Source: Actinomycetota bacterium
Lineage (GTDB): Bacteria > Actinomycetota > UBA4738 > HRBIN12
Reading direction: 5' to 3'
NCBI GenBank assembly: GCA_046734755.1
Contig: JBKPRY010000145.1
Coordinates: 1 to 50,439, forward strand
DNA: 50,439 bases
Part shown: in pieces, positions 26,028 through 33,928 of the stretch
How positions within the stretch are numbered: position 1 is the first letter of the stretch
Layout: each line of letters begins with the position of its first letter
Made by a program: the position numbers and the translations under genes
Notes under the pieces: model-generated
Told to the model about the DNA's origin: nothing
Database searches by the model: none
Seen by the model: the letters and a program-made list of their open reading frames with translations, nothing else

Positions 26028-26584
26028 GCCGCCGCTTCGTCTTGCTCGATCGCGACGGCACGATCAACGAGGAGGTCGGGTACGTCCTGCGGCCCGACGA
26101 GCTCCGGCTGATCCCCGGTGCGGGAGAGGCCCTTCACGAGCTCCGGGGGCTCGGGCTCGGCCTCGTCGTCCTGACGAATCAGTCCCCCATCGGTCGCGGG
26201 ATGCTCACCCTCGCCGAGCTCCACGAGATCCACGCGCGCCTGACGGACCTGCTCGCCGCCGATGGCGTGACGCTGGACGGCATCGAGTTCTGTCCGCATC
26301 GGCCGGACGAGGGCTGCGCGTGCCGCAAGCCCGGGACGCTGATGGTCGAGCGCGCCGCCCTCGCCCTGGGGTTCGACCCCGCCGCGGCCTGGCTCGTCGG
26401 CGATCATCGGTCCGACCTGCGGCTCGGGCGTGCGGTCGGCGCCAGGACGATCCTCGTGCGCACCGGCCACGGGGACGATGAGCTCGAACGCGGAGCCGGG
26501 GAGGACGCCGACCATGTCGTCGCCGACCTGCGCGAGGCCGCGGCCATCATCCGGGACGACCTGTTGACGAGCGTGCGGCCGTGA
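26024..26584 (+). CDS. gmhB: D,D-heptose 1,7-bisphosphate phosphatase (HAD family)
   Basis: GTG at 26024 overlaps the hddA stop as GTGA. The sequence contains VLLDRDGTIN (DxDxT), the Zn-site residues CPHRPDEGCACRKP and LVGD. Confidence 0.85.
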   Translation: MSRRFVLLDRDGTINEEVGYVLRPDELRLIPGAGEALHELRGLGLGLVVLTNQSPIGRGMLTLAELHEIHARLTDLLAADGVTLDGIEFCPHRPDEGCACRKPGTLMVERAALALGFDPAAAWLVGDHRSDLRLGRAVGARTILVRTGHGDDELERGAGEDADHVVADLREAAAIIRDDLLTSVRP

Positions 26585-27162
26585 GCCTCGACCGGGTACG
26601 CGAGTACCTGCTCGAGACCTCGCGCACGGCGGCTCGGACTGCCGATGAGTGCGCGGTGCAGATCGTCGACGCAACGGCCGCGATCGTCGAGTCGCTCCGG
26701 GACGGAGGGAAGATCCTGCTGTGCGGCAACGGCGGCAGCGCCGGCGACGCCCAGCATCTGGCGACCGAGTTCGTCAGCACCCTCACCGTCGATCGGCGGC
26801 GTGATGCCATCGCGGCGATCGCGCTCACCACGGACACCTCGCTGCTGACCGCGGTGGCGAACGACTTCGGCTTCGACGGCGTGTTCGAGCGCCAGGTCGA
26901 AGCCCTCGGTCGCCAGGGCGACGTGCTCGTCGGGATCTCGACGAGCGGGAACTCGGAGAACGTCGTGCGGGCGTTCGGAGCGGCGAAGGCGGCCGGCATC
27001 CGGACGATCGCGCTGACGGGCGGATCGAACGGCAGGCTCGGGGCGCTCGCCGACATCCAGATCAACGTGCCGAGCACGGAGACCTCCCACATCCAGGAGG
27101 CGCACATCGCCGTCGGTCAGCTGATCGCGTTCCTGGTCGAGGACGAGCTCTTCCCGCGCTGA
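26581..27162 (+). CDS. gmhA: Phosphoheptose isomerase (SIS domain)
   Basis: ORF track, 193 aa. The GTG overlaps the gmhB stop as GTGA. Motifs are GNGGSAGDAQH and ISTSGNSENV. Confidence 0.88.
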   Translation: MSLDRVREYLLETSRTAARTADECAVQIVDATAAIVESLRDGGKILLCGNGGSAGDAQHLATEFVSTLTVDRRRDAIAAIALTTDTSLLTAVANDFGFDGVFERQVEALGRQGDVLVGISTSGNSENVVRAFGAAKAAGIRTIALTGGSNGRLGALADIQINVPSTETSHIQEAHIAVGQLIAFLVEDELFPR

Positions 27163-27199
27163 CCATGCGAGAGAACCCCCTCTCGACCGCGTGCAGCCC

Positions 27200-27229
27200 T
27201 TGACCTCCGAACACGTGTTCGGGTAGCCT
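27200..27229 (+). promoter_or_regulatory. SigA-type promoter candidate: TTGACC - 18 nt - TAGCCT
   Basis: Read directly. It lies about 33 nt upstream of the GTG at 27262, which itself follows GGGAGG. The -10 element fits the actinobacterial TANNNT pattern. Confidence 0.6.
27207..27222. promoter_or_regulatory. SOS (LexA) box: perfect 16-bp palindrome CCGAACACGTGTTCGG
   Basis: It matches the Gram-positive/mycobacterial LexA consensus CGAAC-N4-GTTCG and sits exactly between the -35 and -10 hexamers. Confidence 0.7.
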
Positions 27230-27261
27230 GCTCGTCCTCGCGCGGCCCCGCGGGAGGCCGG

Positions 27262-28902
27262 GTGCTCGCGGACGCGCTCCAGACCACGCTCGAGGACGCC
27301 GTCCCGCTGTCCGAGGTCGAGTTCGTGGTCGTCGACCTCGAGACCACCGGCGGGTCGCCCACCGACGCACGGATCACGGAGATCGGCGCAGTGAAGCTCC
27401 GCGGCGGCGAGCGCACGGGCGTGTTCGAGACCCTCGTGAACCCTGGCGTGTCGATCCCGCGCCAGATCACGCACCTGACCGGGATCGACGACCTGGTGGT
27501 GGCCGGCGCGCCCCCGATCGAGTGGGTGCTGCCGTCGTTCACAGAGTTCGCGCGCGGTTGCGTCTTCGTGGCCCACAACGCGCGGTTCGACTTCACGTTC
27601 CTCAACGTCGCCCTCGAACGGCTCGACTACGACCCGCTCCCGCCCCCGCCCGTCTGCACCGCCCGGCTCGCACGACGCGTGGTGTGGCCGGACGTCCCGA
27701 ACGTTCGGCTTCACACGCTCGCGCAGTACTTCCGTACCGCGGTCCGGCCGTCGCACCGCGCCCTGCCCGATGCCGAGGCCTGCTCCGAGGTCCTCCACGG
27801 CCTCCTGGAGCTGGGCGGGCGGCTCGGGATCGTCACGCTGGGTGACCTGCATGGCGCCGTCCGCGCCCGCGGGCGTCCGAACTTCGGGAAGATCCGGCTG
27901 GCCGACCAGCTGCCGAACGGACCCGGCGTCTACCTGTTTCGCGGTCGCGACGGCCGCGTGCTCTACGTCGGCAAGTCGGTCGACCTGCGTTCGCGGGTGA
28001 AGAGCTATTTCTACGGGGACGGCCGCAAGAAGGTCGAGGACCTGCTCGCAGAGACCGCCTCGGTCGAAGGCGTCGCGTGCGCCTCCGAGCTCGAGTCCCT
28101 GATCCTCGAGGCGCGGCTGATCCGCGAGCACGAGCCGAAGTACAACCGCCGGGGCAAGACCTGGCGCAGGTACGCCTACCTGAGGATCGACGACGCCGAG
28201 GCGTACCCCCGGATCAAGGTCGTCCGCGAGACCAAGGGGGCCGGCGCGTTCCTCGGCCCCTTCCCATCGTCGCACCTCGCGCGACTGGCGAAGGAGGCGC
28301 TCGAGGACGCCTTCCCGATCCGGCGCTGCACGACCGCGATGCGCGCGACCACCCGGTTCGCGCCGTGCGCGCTGGCGGAGATGCACCGATGCCTGGCTCC
28401 CTGCGACGGGCGCGTCCGCCCCGAGCGCTACGAGGAGCTCGTCCGCTCCCTGATCTCCTCCCTCTCCAGACCGGGCGGGCTCCTCGGAACGCTCGAGGCG
28501 CGCATGCGCGACCTCGCGGAGCAGGAACGGTTCGAGGAGGCGGCGCTGGCGCGCGACCGCCTCCGAGCCCTGGCCGAGGCCCTGGCACGGTCGCGGATCG
28601 ACGGGTGGCTGCTGTGGACCGACGAGCTGGTCCTGCGCGACGCCCAGGGCCATCGCCTCCGCCTCCGGCGCGGCGGGCTGATTCGGAGCGCCGGCGACGA
28701 GCCACTGGGGGCGCCGTGTCCGCGGGAGCGAGCGGACGAGCTCTCCGCGCTCCGGGCCTGGGTGGCTCGGAACGAGGTCCGCGTGGAATCGAGCGCCGAA
28801 CCGTTCGCCGAACCCGTGGCGGGCGGCGCCGAGCTCCACCGGCTGCTCGGGACGCTCCGCGCCCGCGACCGGACCGGCGGCGCACGCTCGGACGACGGCT
28901 AG
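27262..28902 (+). CDS. DEDD exonuclease (DnaQ-like) fused to a GIY-YIG (Cho/UvrC-N-like) nuclease domain
   Basis: ORF track, 546 aa. The N-terminal part has VVVDLETTGG, FVAHNARFDFTFL and HRALPDAEA. The central part has GVYLFRGRDGRVLYVGKSVDLRSRVKSYF...E...N (GIY-YIG). Confidence 0.88.
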   Translation: MLADALQTTLEDAVPLSEVEFVVVDLETTGGSPTDARITEIGAVKLRGGERTGVFETLVNPGVSIPRQITHLTGIDDLVVAGAPPIEWVLPSFTEFARGCVFVAHNARFDFTFLNVALERLDYDPLPPPPVCTARLARRVVWPDVPNVRLHTLAQYFRTAVRPSHRALPDAEACSEVLHGLLELGGRLGIVTLGDLHGAVRARGRPNFGKIRLADQLPNGPGVYLFRGRDGRVLYVGKSVDLRSRVKSYFYGDGRKKVEDLLAETASVEGVACASELESLILEARLIREHEPKYNRRGKTWRRYAYLRIDDAEAYPRIKVVRETKGAGAFLGPFPSSHLARLAKEALEDAFPIRRCTTAMRATTRFAPCALAEMHRCLAPCDGRVRPERYEELVRSLISSLSRPGGLLGTLEARMRDLAEQERFEEAALARDRLRALAEALARSRIDGWLLWTDELVLRDAQGHRLRLRRGGLIRSAGDEPLGAPCPRERADELSALRAWVARNEVRVESSAEPFAEPVAGGAELHRLLGTLRARDRTGGARSDDG

Positions 28903-28912
28903 ACTTGCCTCG

Positions 28913-30085
28913 ATGGAGCACGCGGTCATCCTCGAGGGAGCACGCACGCCGATCGGCCGCTTCCTCGGTTCGTTCGCGGAGGTGACGGCCGTCGAGCTCG
29001 GCGCGCTCGCGGCCCGGGAGGCGATGCGCCGTTCGGGCGTCGACCTCGACCAGATCGACCAGACGATCCTGGGTCATGCCCGCCAGGCGGGCAACGGCCC
29101 GAACACAGGCCGCCAGGTCAGCGTCCGCGCCGGGGTTCCGGTGGAGGTCTCCGCGTACAACGTGAACATCGCGTGTGGCTCCGGGATGAAGGCCGTGCAG
29201 CTGGGGGCCCAGCAGATCGCGCTCGGCGACTCCGAGGTCGTGCTGGCCGGGGGCATGGAGAACATGACCCGGGTCCCCTTCCTGCTCGACCGCATGCGCA
29301 CCGGCTACCGGATGGGCGACGCGGAGGTGTACGACGCGATGTACCGCGATGGGCTGCTCGACCCGTTGTGCGGGCTCATCATGGGCGAGACCGCGGAGAA
29401 CCTGGTCGACCGCTACGGCCTGTCGCGGACCGAGCAGGACGAGTTCGCCCTCGAGTCTCAGCAGAAGGCCGCAGCCGGCGCGGCGGCGCGCGCCGCGGAG
29501 ATGTTCGCGGTCGAGGCACCTGCCGGCAAAGGAACCGTGAGCGTTTCGGACGACGAGCATCCACGCCCGGACACGACGCTCGAGCGGCTTGCGGAGCTGG
29601 AGCCCGTGTTCCGCAAGGGTGGCAGCGTCACCGCCGGCAACTCGAGCGGGATCACGGACGGAGCCGCCGCGATGGTGCTGATGTCCGCGTCGCGGGCCCG
29701 CGCCGAGGGACGCCGGCCGCTGGCGCGCATCATCGGGATGTCGTGGGCCGGCGTGCCGCCGGAGATCATGGGCATCGGCCCCGTGCCGGCCACCAAGAAG
29801 GTGCTCGACAGGACCGGGCTCTCACTCGCCGACATCGACCTGATCGAGATCAACGAGGCGTTCGCGGCGCAGGTGCTCGCGTGCGAGCGCGAGCTCAAGT
29901 TCGACCGCGACCGGCTCAACGTGCACGGCGGCGGGATCTCGCTCGGCCACCCGATCGGGATGTCGGGCGCCCGGATCATCCTCTCGCTCGCCTACGCGAT
30001 GCGTTCGCGCGGCGCCGCCCTGGGCCTGGCCACCCTGTGCATCTCCGGCGGCCAGGGCCTCGCCGTCGTCTTGGAGCGAGCGTGA
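28913..30085 (+). CDS. Acetyl-CoA C-acetyltransferase (thiolase II)
   Basis: ORF track, 390 aa. Features are the NIACGSGMKAV active-site Cys, NVHGGGISLGHP and CISGGQG. Confidence 0.92.
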   Translation: MEHAVILEGARTPIGRFLGSFAEVTAVELGALAAREAMRRSGVDLDQIDQTILGHARQAGNGPNTGRQVSVRAGVPVEVSAYNVNIACGSGMKAVQLGAQQIALGDSEVVLAGGMENMTRVPFLLDRMRTGYRMGDAEVYDAMYRDGLLDPLCGLIMGETAENLVDRYGLSRTEQDEFALESQQKAAAGAAARAAEMFAVEAPAGKGTVSVSDDEHPRPDTTLERLAELEPVFRKGGSVTAGNSSGITDGAAAMVLMSASRARAEGRRPLARIIGMSWAGVPPEIMGIGPVPATKKVLDRTGLSLADIDLIEINEAFAAQVLACERELKFDRDRLNVHGGGISLGHPIGMSGARIILSLAYAMRSRGAALGLATLCISGGQGLAVVLERA

Positions 30086-30113
30086 GCCCACCGTCGCCGC
30101 GGGCGGTGAACCG

Positions 30114-30407
30114 ATGAGCGTACACGCCGTCGTCCTGATCGAGTGCGAGATCGACGAGATCCCCGAGGCCGCGCAGGCGATCGCCGACCTGGAGGGTGTC
30201 TCGGAGGTCTACTCCGTGGCCGGCGAGTTCGACCTGGTCGCGATCGTGCGCGTGGCGAACCACGACGACCTGGCGTCGGTGATCCCCGGCGGGATCTCGA
30301 AGGTCGAGGGCGTCGCGAGGACCGAGACGCTCATCGCGTTCCAGGTGTACTCGAAGCACGACCTGGAGCGCCTCTTCTCGATCGGGTTCGACGAGACCCC
30401 GTCCTAG
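30114..30407 (+). CDS. Stand-alone Lrp/AsnC ligand-binding (RAM) domain protein
   Basis: ORF track, 97 aa. VHAVVLIECE...VSEVYSVAGEFDLVAIVRV is typical of the RAM fold. There is no HTH. Confidence 0.75.
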   Translation: MSVHAVVLIECEIDEIPEAAQAIADLEGVSEVYSVAGEFDLVAIVRVANHDDLASVIPGGISKVEGVARTETLIAFQVYSKHDLERLFSIGFDETPS

Positions 30408-30408
30408 C

Positions 30409-30765
30409 TCATTCCGCGGGCAGGTCGATCGCGACCGGTCGAGCGGTCCTGGCCCACTCCGAAAGGTCGTCGGCGTCGCGGGGCCCGTACTTGTCCAGGA
30501 GCGACCGCCGGGCAAGGGTGTCCTCCTCCGGATCGTCCACGAGGCGTCCGCGACAGATCAGGTCCCGGTCGCCGAGCCGCAGACCGACCGTGGGATCCGC
30601 GCGAAGGTTCTTCACCCAGTCGCTCTCCTCGGTGCCGCCGGCGAGCAGGTACACGACGTCACCCCGGAGCGCGAACCAGATCTCGATCGTGTGAGGGCTC
30701 CCCGACCGCCGTCCCTTGGTGGTGACGTAGCAGAAGTCGAGCGCCGCGAGGGTCTCCCGGTCCAC
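30409..30765 (-). CDS. Deazaflavin(F420)-dependent nitroreductase-family (DDN/DUF385, split-barrel) protein
   Basis: ORF track, 118 aa, GTG start. The sequence is YVTTKGRRSGSPHTIEIWFALRGDVVYLLAGGTEESDWVKNLRADP. Confidence 0.75.
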   Translation of the reverse strand: MDRETLAALDFCYVTTKGRRSGSPHTIEIWFALRGDVVYLLAGGTEESDWVKNLRADPTVGLRLGDRDLICRGRLVDDPEEDTLARRSLLDKYGPRDADDLSEWARTARPVAIDLPAE

Positions 30766-30858
30766 CTACGAGATGGCCCACACGATCAGGGCGACGATCA
30801 CGACCACCCCGACCACGAAGAAGATCAGATCGCCGCGCTTGAGCCTCCCGGGCTGCAT
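30766..30858 (-). CDS. Possible 30-aa single-TM microprotein
   Basis: The protein is MQPGRLKRGDLIFFVVGVVVIVALIVWAIS. GC3 is G/C in 29 of 30 codons by my count. Its stop directly abuts the GTG of the DDN-like gene. No clear SD is present. Confidence 0.4.
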   Translation of the reverse strand: MQPGRLKRGDLIFFVVGVVVIVALIVWAIS

Positions 30859-30875
30859 CGCGTTGAAGCCCAACG

Positions 30876-31157
30876 TCACGCCCCCTCGGCGAGCCGGTAG
30901 ATCTCGCGGAACCGGGCCTCCGACAGCCACGCGATGTGTTGGCGGACCGTGGAGGCAAACGTCAGGGCCTCGGTCTCGTCGCGGCAGGCCCGCACCGCGA
31001 CCTCGCGTCCCTCTGGGTCCAGGATCGACACGCTCCATTCATTCCCTTGGCCCATCCCTTGGTCCATTCCCTGGCCGTCGCGGACCTCGGCCGAGAAGCG
31101 GTTCTCGGCCTCGACCTCATGCGCCGAGGCCACGATCTCACCCGCCTCCGTGGGCAC
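30876..31157 (-). CDS. Hypothetical small protein (about 93 aa; start uncertain)
   Basis: GTG at 31157 overlaps the end of the upstream gene by 20 nt. GC3 is high from that point on. The natural C-terminal half reads NEWSVSILDPEGREVAVRACRDETEALTFASTVRQHIAWLSEARFREIYRL. Confidence 0.5.
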   Translation of the reverse strand: MPTEAGEIVASAHEVEAENRFSAEVRDGQGMDQGMGQGNEWSVSILDPEGREVAVRACRDETEALTFASTVRQHIAWLSEARFREIYRLAEGA

Positions 31158-31422
31158 GTTCGAGCCGCTCCAGGTGGCCGCGGATCTCCCCGAGCACCGA
31201 TTCGATGTCGAGCACGAAGTCCGGCTCCAGGTCTGCGAGCTTCTCGAGCGCGTTCTCCAGCGTGTTGCCCGCGGCCTCGGCATCTCTGAGCGAGTCCACC
31301 AGCACCGCGGCGTAATCCGCCTGGAACGGCTTGCCGTCCCAGGGGCAGTGACCCCCGTTCAGGATCACCTGCTCCGCGAGGAACTCTCGCCCGCACCGCC
31401 GGCAGGTGCCCTTGATCTTCAC
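31138..31422 (-). CDS. Hypothetical zinc-ribbon-like protein with helical tail (94 aa)
   Basis: GTG at 31422 is preceded by AAGGAG and overlaps the REC-like stop as GTGA. The sequence is VKIKGTCRRCGREFLAEQVILNGGHCPWDGKPF, followed by a predicted helical region. Confidence 0.6.
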   Translation of the reverse strand: MKIKGTCRRCGREFLAEQVILNGGHCPWDGKPFQADYAAVLVDSLRDAEAAGNTLENALEKLADLEPDFVLDIESVLGEIRGHLERLERAHGGG

Positions 31423-31934
31423 GCGATCTCCTTCTGTTCTCTTGGCTGTTCTCTTCGCTGTTCTCTTGGCTGTTCTCTTGGCTGTTCCTGTGGCCGTTCC
31501 GCCGGCCGAGCCCGGTGCCCCTGGATCAGCTCGACGAGCCGGTCCGCCAGCTCGAAGGGGTCGACGGGGCGAACCAGCCACGCGTCCGCCCCCGACCAAC
31601 GGGCGAGCCACGCGTCGTGCTTACGTTCGAGCACGATGACGATCGGCCCACGATACGGCTCGACCGCGCCGCGCAGATCGCGCGCGAGCGAGAACGCTCC
31701 CGCCCTGGACGCGAACTCGTCGGCGACGATCGCATCGGGGCGTTCGCGCAGCCCGATCCGGGCGCCCTGTTCGCCATCCTGCGCCTCCAGGAACGACACG
31801 GAGTCGCCGAGGCGCCGTTCGATGCTCCCGACCGAGATCCGCAGCAGGTCTCGTGCCTCGGCGTCGGGCGACACGAGCAAGACCCTCACGCGGCGCATCC
31901 TATCAACCACTGCTGCGTCGTTTGAGCCCGCCAT
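31419..31934 (-). CDS. Stand-alone atypical receiver (REC/CheY-like) domain protein with repetitive Q/E/P/R tail
   Basis: ORF track, 171 aa. The RVLLVSPDAE...PDAIVADEF...PIVIVLERK...AWLVRPVDPFEL layout matches a receiver fold, but the usual T/S is absent and the conserved K is replaced by R. The C-terminus is PQEQPREQPREQRREQPREQ. Confidence 0.65.
   Translation of the reverse strand: MAGSNDAAVVDRMRRVRVLLVSPDAEARDLLRISVGSIERRLGDSVSFLEAQDGEQGARIGLRERPDAIVADEFASRAGAFSLARDLRGAVEPYRGPIVIVLERKHDAWLARWSGADAWLVRPVDPFELADRLVELIQGHRARPAERPQEQPREQPREQRREQPREQKEIA
31434..31505. repeat. 12-bp tandem repeat: 4 near-perfect plus 2 degenerate copies of ctgttctcttgg
   Basis: Read directly: ctgttctcttgg / ctgttctcttcg / ctgttctcttgg / ctgttctcttgg / ctgttcctgtgg / ccgttccgccgg. 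It is in frame (4 codons per unit) and encodes the (P/R)REQ tail of the REC-like protein. Confidence 0.9.
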
Positions 31935-31986
31935 CGGGCACCGCTATCGTCGGTCGGGTCGAGATTTCGGAGGCGAGGAGGCGGTC

Positions 31987-32673
31987 GTGGAGGGCACGGG
32001 CAGGGCGGCGGTGGCGGAGTTCGTGGCGACGTTCGCGTTGATCTTCATCGGCGCGGGCGCCGTGATCGCGGTGAGCCTCGGACTCGACCTGACGGGGGTG
32101 GCCCTCGCGCACGGTCTGGTGCTCGCGATCATGGTCTCGGTCACGGCGCACATCTCCGGGGGCCTGGTGAACCCCGCCGTCACGATCGGGTTGTGGGTCG
32201 CCGGCAAGATCCCGTCGCAGCGCGCGGTGATCCTGATCGGCGCGCAGCTCCTCGGTGCCGTGGCGGGCGCGCTCCTGCTCAAGTACCTGGTCCCGACGAC
32301 TCTGTACGACGCCGGCAACGGCGGGACGCCGGCGCTCGCGCAGGGGATCGCGGCCGGCAAGGGGATCGTGATCGAGGCCACCACGACGTTCTTCCTCGTG
32401 TTCGCGGTCTTCGGCACGGCGGTCGATCCCCGCGGGCCCTGGTCGAAGACGGCGGGGCTCACGATCGGCCTGGTGATCGCGTTCGACATCATGGCGTTCG
32501 GGCCCTACACGGGCGCCGCCATGAACCCGGCGAGATGGTTCGGACCCGCCCTCGTCCTCGGCGACTGGGCGAACTGGTACGTCTGGATCATCGGTCCCGT
32601 CGCCGGAGGCATCATCGCGGCGGTCCTGTACGCCACCGTGTTCCTGAAGGACCAGGAGCCCGCCACACCCTGA
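31987..32673 (+). CDS. MIP-family channel (aquaporin/glycerol facilitator-like)
   Basis: GTG at 31987 is preceded by GAGGAGG. Two NPA boxes are present (GGLVNPAVT, AAMNPARW) with six hydrophobic segments. The long upstream part of the track ORF is shadow sequence. Confidence 0.88.
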   Translation: MEGTGRAAVAEFVATFALIFIGAGAVIAVSLGLDLTGVALAHGLVLAIMVSVTAHISGGLVNPAVTIGLWVAGKIPSQRAVILIGAQLLGAVAGALLLKYLVPTTLYDAGNGGTPALAQGIAAGKGIVIEATTTFFLVFAVFGTAVDPRGPWSKTAGLTIGLVIAFDIMAFGPYTGAAMNPARWFGPALVLGDWANWYVWIIGPVAGGIIAAVLYATVFLKDQEPATP

Positions 32674-32717
32674 CGCACGCCTTCGACGGGGCGCCCGTAT
32701 CATTGAGCACGTTCCCC

Positions 32718-33908
32718 ATGGTGACCACGAGCACCTACCTCGATCACGCCTCCGCGACCCCCCTGGACGAGCGCGCGCGGGTCGCGTTGCTTGCCGCGCT
32801 CGACGAGTTCGCCGACCCGCTGCGTGTGCACGGGGACGGGCTGGCGGCGAAACGCCTTCTCGACGACGCCCGCGCGACGGTCGCCGGCGCGCTCGGAGCC
32901 CAGCCCGACGAGATCGTCTTCACGAGCGGGGGCACCGAGTCGGTGGCGCTGGCGATCTGGGGCGGCGTCCGACCGATCCGCGAGCTCGGCACACGGATCG
33001 TCACCACGACGGTCGAACACCCCGCGGTGGGCGGCGTGCTCCACACGCTCGAGACCGACGGGTTCGAGTCGGTGCTCGTCGAGGTGGACCGAAACGGGTC
33101 GATCGACCTCGACGCATTCGCCGCGCAGATCCGCCGCCCGGGTACGCTCCTCGCGTCCGTACACCATGCGAACCACGAGGTGGGGACGATCCAGACGATC
33201 GCGGAGTGCGCTCGGTTGTGCCGAGAGACGGGCGTGCTCTTCCACACGGACGCCTGCCAGACCGTCGGCCACCTGCCGGTCGACGCGCCGGCACTTGGCG
33301 TCGACCTGCTGTCGATCTCGGGACACAAGTTCGGGGGACCGCCGGGGATCGGGGCGCTGTACGTCCGCCGTGGCGTGCCGATCGCCGCGTACCCGTGCGG
33401 GGACGACCGAGAGCGCCGGCGCCGCTCGGGCGTGGAGAACGTCCCGGGCGTCGCGGCGATGGCCGCGGCCCTGGAGACTCGCCTCGAGGGGATGAACGAC
33501 GAGGTGGCGCGGGGCTGGGCGCTCACCGACACGATCCGCGCCGGCATCGCCGAGCGCGTCGAGGGCGCGAGCGTCCACGGCCACGCCATCCAGCGTGTGC
33601 CGCACCTCGTGTGCTTCTCGGTCCCGGACCTGGACGCCGAGATCATGAGCATGGCGCTCGACGATCGTGGCTTCCGGATCGCCGCGGGCTCCAACTGCTC
33701 GGGCGCGGCGGGCGAGGCGTCCTCGGTCCTCGAGCACATGGGCGTCGCGTCGACGGCGAGCTTCCGGATCGGCGTCGGGCCGGATACCACGGAGGAGGAC
33801 GTGGAGCGACTGCTCGCGACGCTCCCGAGCCTGGTGTCCGATCTTCGCGAGGTGCGTGCGGCGGGTGACGCCGCGATGGCGCGGTTCCGCTCCTCCGGGG
33901 AACACTGA
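32718..33908 (+). CDS. Cysteine desulfurase (class V aminotransferase, NifS/IscS-like)
   Basis: ATG at 32718 gives MVTTSTYLDHASATP. Features are TSGGTES, the PLP lysine in SISGHKFGGPPGIGAL and the catalytic Cys in AAGSNCSG. Confidence 0.88.
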   Translation: MVTTSTYLDHASATPLDERARVALLAALDEFADPLRVHGDGLAAKRLLDDARATVAGALGAQPDEIVFTSGGTESVALAIWGGVRPIRELGTRIVTTTVEHPAVGGVLHTLETDGFESVLVEVDRNGSIDLDAFAAQIRRPGTLLASVHHANHEVGTIQTIAECARLCRETGVLFHTDACQTVGHLPVDAPALGVDLLSISGHKFGGPPGIGALYVRRGVPIAAYPCGDDRERRRRSGVENVPGVAAMAAALETRLEGMNDEVARGWALTDTIRAGIAERVEGASVHGHAIQRVPHLVCFSVPDLDAEIMSMALDDRGFRIAAGSNCSGAAGEASSVLEHMGVASTASFRIGVGPDTTEEDVERLLATLPSLVSDLREVRAAGDAAMARFRSSGEH

Positions 33909-33928
33909 CCGAACGACCCCGCGACCGG

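Noticed and set aside
26404-28947. 847-aa minus-strand ORF
   Set aside because: It is antisense to gmhB, gmhA and the DnaQ-GIY-YIG gene, all of which have clear family motifs. Its composition is low-complexity Arg/Gly/Ala.
31434-31505. Tandem repeats considered as a CRISPR array
   Set aside because: The units are 12 bp, directly adjacent with no spacers, in frame within a coding sequence, and no cas genes are present.
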